Below, in pieces: positions 59,906 to 64,000 of a stretch of 64,000 nt of DNA; positions within the stretch are counted from its first letter, which is position 1, and every line of letters begins with the position of its first letter. The stretch is from Trypanosoma brucei (lineage: Eukaryota). The stretch lies in assembly GCA_000002445.1 (NCBI GenBank), contig CP000068.1, forward strand, positions 448,001 to 512,000, given 5' to 3'. The notes beneath the pieces were generated by a model. That model did no database searches, was not told where the DNA came from, and worked only from the letters and a program-made list of their open reading frames with translations. The translations under genes and the position numbers were made by a program.

Positions 59906-61762
59906 ATGAGTGAACCATTGATGGCTAGGTGTGCATCTCTGCTGGACATCTTGGTTCCCCGTAGTGTTGAATGCTTAAGCAATGCGAAGGTACAGAACGA
60001 ATCGTGCTGCGCTATACAGTACGACCGAATTTTGCGTGTCCCGGTTCTGATTATGAAAGGAGACATCTCGAATGCCCGTGTTCAGATACCGCGTGATGGC
60101 AAATCACTTCCTGTAGTTCCGCTGCCGTGCACTCTCGTAGCTCTCCAGGCGTACATTGGATCTTTTGACACCTTTGCGTTGGAGGTGTCAGTGAGCACTA
60201 AGACTTCTCTTCGCGTGAAGCTGATTATTGGGACTCACTTTAACAAGACGTCGTTGGAGGACACCGGTAGCAGTCTGATTCTCTTTAGGATGCCCTTGAT
60301 CATACCGCGAAACAGATGGGTTCAAATAGTATTTCACATTTCAGGAATCGTAACGCATCTTCTTGAACTGCCGCCAATTAAATTCATCGACGCAATATCA
60401 TTGAGTGGCACATGTAAGGCTTCGCGCTTGATGGCATCCAATAGTGAGGAGGTTGTAGTGAACGCAACACCCAGTGACATGACTCTCTTTGCTGTTCCGG
60501 CGTATGCGCCCCCGATTTGGCAGACCGTTGCGGCCTCTCCACCCCCGAACGGGACCTGCAGTGACAATAATAAAAAAATTAGTGGTCGCTCTCCACAGAA
60601 AGTTGCTAAAGACCGCTTACCCGTTGTAGTGAAGTCGCCATTAAGAAGGGACGATGATACTGCCAATGAGGGTGAAAACGACTCACCAAAGCATAATGTG
60701 GTGCGAACAGCTGCTACAAGTGCTTCTAACGGCACACCATCGCCCCCGTACAAACAAATAGGGCGCGAGGTTTCGGCTATTGAGAGTACATCAAGCGCCA
60801 ACTCCTTTGATGTGCCGCCGGAAGGTCGGGCGCCAAGTTTGCCAGGTGACTTTACAGATGCCCGCCGAGTCAAGCAGATGCCTAAGCAACAGGTCGGTCA
60901 GCCCGCTGCGAGGTGCGGATCTGCCGCTTACATACGGCTGGTAAGCGGAGCGAACTTTCCGCCACGTAGCAGCAGTAACCCGACTGTGAAACCGCGTCCG
61001 CTTCACTTAGGGGCAAAGGAACAGAGTCCTAGTGCGGTTACAACTCCCCCGCCACCCCCTGTCGAAACATACCCGGGTGTATGCGATCTTTTGTTTGATG
61101 CCTCGTATGGCATCACAGGTTGGGGGGAAACCGCCTGTCGTGCAAGTACTGCTGCTTCAGCCTCTCCTCCTCGTGCCGGAAGCGATGTAAAGTGCAGGTC
61201 GGCGCCAACTGCGGCAGTACCAACCAACCGAATATCTGGTGGTGCAGTGAGTGAGTGTAAAACGAACGGATTAGCGGAGCAGGTTTCCCCGAAAGCGAAA
61301 CGGTTGAAAAGGGTTATAGAAATAAGGCGGCGGTCATTCGTCCCCCCCACTAGGCGCCGGAAGCCGTGCGGTGGTGATGGTCAAAACGGTGAAGGCAACG
61401 AAACAGGGGCGGCCGCGGGCGGTACGTCCAGGAGGTCTGCTGTTAGTGTGAGGCGGCTTTACATGCGAAAGAGGATCAGGAAACTAAAGGAAGCACAGAA
61501 CAGCGCACGTCGCATGCAAGAAATGAAAAGACTTCCAGCGTCTGAACTACCCATAGACCCTCAGGACGAGGCACTTATGATGGTTGGTGAAGAGACAATG
61601 AATGTCACGCGTGAGCCACGTTGTGGTTACGGTTTTGGTTATCTTGGTGTCCTTCATGAGAGTGGCGGATTTGAGGCGGATGAGAATGCTGACACGGAGT
61701 TGAAGGGCGCTCTCACGCTGGAGCTTTCCGAATTATCCGATGGTGAGGAAAATGAAGAATAG
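59906..61762 (+). CDS. Hypothetical protein, 618 aa. Structured N-terminal roughly 200 aa, then a Ser/Pro/Ala/Thr-rich disordered region and an acidic C-terminal tail.
   Basis: ATG-initiated long ORF (atg agt gaa cca ttg). No domain recognised by eye. Confidence 0.5.
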   Translation: MSEPLMARCASLLDILVPRSVECLSNAKVQNESCCAIQYDRILRVPVLIMKGDISNARVQIPRDGKSLPVVPLPCTLVALQAYIGSFDTFALEVSVSTKTSLRVKLIIGTHFNKTSLEDTGSSLILFRMPLIIPRNRWVQIVFHISGIVTHLLELPPIKFIDAISLSGTCKASRLMASNSEEVVVNATPSDMTLFAVPAYAPPIWQTVAASPPPNGTCSDNNKKISGRSPQKVAKDRLPVVVKSPLRRDDDTANEGENDSPKHNVVRTAATSASNGTPSPPYKQIGREVSAIESTSSANSFDVPPEGRAPSLPGDFTDARRVKQMPKQQVGQPAARCGSAAYIRLVSGANFPPRSSSNPTVKPRPLHLGAKEQSPSAVTTPPPPPVETYPGVCDLLFDASYGITGWGETACRASTAASASPPRAGSDVKCRSAPTAAVPTNRISGGAVSECKTNGLAEQVSPKAKRLKRVIEIRRRSFVPPTRRRKPCGGDGQNGEGNETGAAAGGTSRRSAVSVRRLYMRKRIRKLKEAQNSARRMQEMKRLPASELPIDPQDEALMMVGEETMNVTREPRCGYGFGYLGVLHESGGFEADENADTELKGALTLELSELSDGEENEE

Positions 61763-63077
61763 GTTGTTTAGGCCTTGTGACGTCTGTGACAATATATCTT
61801 TCCGATTCTTGTGGACTTTTTTGTGGCATTTCAGTGGTGTATGTAAGAGTTTTTGCGTTACAAAAGTGCGTGTGTACAAATCGTGCGTTGAAAGGCAGGA
61901 GACACTCCTTCGCCGCGCTTGCGGCGGCAGGGGTGATTTTTTTTTTCTTGGAAGGGAGTCGTATCCGTGTGCGTGTGCTTCTTCGTAAGTTGTTGCGCAC
62001 AAAACCTTGCCTGCTGAAATGCGCGTCTCATATACATATACATATATATATATATATATATCTTCCCATCATTATCACTCCCCATCTGGTCTTTTTTTCT
62101 TTTGTGTTCAGCTGGGTGATGCCCTTTTCGTTTCCTCGTTCCAACCTTTTGTATGTCTGGTTATATTTCACTCCCCTTTACGTTTAGTGTGCCCCCTAAC
62201 TCTTCCACTCGCTTATCATGGAAGCGTTCTTGCCAGAAAGATGATTTGTCTTCAACCGGAGTTCGTTTTTTTTTCCTAAGGCAAGAGTGAACTCATGCAC
62301 ACAGGCTCGGGTCAATATTAACGACACGCCAAGCGGCTGGGTGAGCAGTGAGAGCATTTACCCTATTTTCTCCCTTCTTCGTTTGTTTTCTATCTTCTTC
62401 ACTGTATTCCCCCCTTTTTGTTCGACAGTTGTTGATGTTAATTGACTGCTTGTACCTTTTTTTTGTCATTTTTCTTTTTTCTTCTTTTCTCATTTCCATT
62501 CCACTTTCTTTTTGTTTTCGTCCTTTTTTTTTCTTTTTAGCCCTGTACGTGCTTGCAGCAGATAAGGCTGCCGTCATTACGATTCCAGTGTGTTACGTCT
62601 ATGGTGAAGGGGAAATTTCGTGTGGATGTGAGGTAAATAAAACAAAACCAAGTTGAGCGAGAGCAGACGGGCATACAGTCGAAGGAACGGGATAAAACTA
62701 AATTAAAAAAAAGATCCGAACTGCTGGAAACCCTGAATAACACCATGGATATGCACCCATCCTTTCCACTTGGTCAATCGCGATTCCCACCATCTTCTTT
62801 TGTGTTTTGTGGAGTAAAAATGTGTGAGGGGAGGGTATGGGAAGGGAGTTTACATGCTGTAGTTTCGCATATTGTTACATGTCGTCGTCTTTTTTGACCT
62901 TTCTTCTTAAAGAAAGGCCAATATCGCCTCCTCTTTTTTTTTTTTACAATCCTACACTGCCCTTCATCTCGTCAATTTTTCTTTGTTTTCAATTCTTTTA
63001 TCTGTCAAACACTACACCATTTCCTCGCCGTGTCGCTTTCTTGTTTTGTTGAACACAGAAGAGAGTAAGCTCCCGGA

Positions 63078-63746
63078 ATGGTTTTACCAAGCCGCAGGTC
63101 GCTGAATCGCAGCTCCCGCAAGGGCTTCAAGAAGCACCGTCCTGACATTATTGTTATTGACCTGAAGGACCATGTATTGGGTCGTGCGGCCGCCATCGTC
63201 GCCAAGCAGCTGCTGCTCGGAAAGAAGATAACTGTGGTCCGTTGTGAGAAATTAACAATTGCAGGATCGGAGATTCGCAACAAGATCAAGTACCTGCAGT
63301 TCCTTCGCAAGCGGAAGCTGTCAAACCCGAAACTTGGACCATTCCATCATCGCAGTCCCTCTGATGTGTTTATCCGCACAGTTCGCTCCATGCTGCCGCG
63401 TTACACAAAGCGAGGCCAGCGCGCGCTCCGCCAGCTCGTTGCTTACGAGGGCGTACCCGTCAACGTCGTGCGTACCGGCGGTCGTGTGGTGATTCCCAAG
63501 GCGCAGCGTCACAACTGCTACCGTAACGAGCGCCGCTTCACGGTGTTGGGTAACATGTGCAAACACGTTGGATGGAAGTACAGCGACGTTGTGGAGAAAC
63601 TTGAGGCAGCCCGTATTGAAAAGTCCGGGCGTCACCACAAGAAGATGGAAAAGGTTCGCGTCGCTTGGAAGAATGCCCGCAAGGAGGCCCTCAAGAAGAT
63701 GCCCCAGAAGAATGTGGAGGTTCTCAAGAAGTTTGGTCTTGCGTAA
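63078..63746 (+). CDS. RPL13A: 60S ribosomal protein L13a (uL13), 222 aa
   Basis: VVIDLKDHVLGRAAAIVAKQLLLGKKITVVRCEKLTIAGSEIRNKIKYLQFLRKR is the canonical L13a/uL13 core. Highly basic composition. Confidence 0.85.
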   Translation: MVLPSRRSLNRSSRKGFKKHRPDIIVIDLKDHVLGRAAAIVAKQLLLGKKITVVRCEKLTIAGSEIRNKIKYLQFLRKRKLSNPKLGPFHHRSPSDVFIRTVRSMLPRYTKRGQRALRQLVAYEGVPVNVVRTGGRVVIPKAQRHNCYRNERRFTVLGNMCKHVGWKYSDVVEKLEAARIEKSGRHHKKMEKVRVAWKNARKEALKKMPQKNVEVLKKFGLA

Positions 63747-64000
63747 TTCACATGGGATTCACCGAGAAGTCTCTGCCGTAGAAGCGTGGCTGAGGTGCCG
63801 TCTGAAAGGTCTAATCTCTCTCTAATTTTGTTCATTTACTACTCATTTCTTGTTTCAAAAAGAAAAAAAAAGAGACGATATTTTTGCTTGTACGGTTGCT
63901 TCACCCAGCAACTGTGGCACCATCGTTGGTTGCGGGTCCTGCACTGATGATTTGCTGCGTGTCGTATCTGGATTTTCTTTCTTCTCACTCTTCTCGTCTA

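Overview
This window reads as a kinetoplastid nuclear locus, most consistent with Trypanosoma brucei chromosome 5 (roughly Tb927.5.1390 to Tb927.5.16xx). The evidence is intron-less genes packed co-directionally, recognisable ISG65, GRESAG4, ZC3H12/ZC3H13 and HslU1 homologues, and CA/GT microsatellites in the intergenic spacers.

From 1 to about 50.3 kb every convincing gene is on the minus strand, forming one leftward polycistronic unit. In map order these are:
- three tandem copies of invariant surface glycoprotein ISG65, each followed by a 5'-truncated fragment of a leucine-rich-repeat (LRR) gene;
- the intact LRR gene;
- a GRESAG4-type receptor adenylate cyclase;
- a LOG-family (lysine-decarboxylase-like) protein;
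- NADH-cytochrome b5 reductase;
- an eIF4G-family MIF4G protein;
- two hypothetical proteins;
- mitochondrial HslU;
- an FMO-like flavoprotein;
- a transglutaminase-like hypothetical;
- a mitochondrial carrier;
- a DEAD-box helicase;
- two tandem CCCH zinc-finger paralogues.

A divergent strand-switch region of about 6.9 kb spans 50.3-57.2 kb. It has strand-mirrored GT-rich tracts flanking a central GC-rich island. To its right a plus-strand unit begins with two hypothetical genes and ribosomal protein L13a.

I found no rRNA, convincing tRNA, CRISPR array or transposase. The most interesting structures are the mosaic ISG65 array with its recombination junction inside the LRR gene, and the architecture of the strand-switch region.
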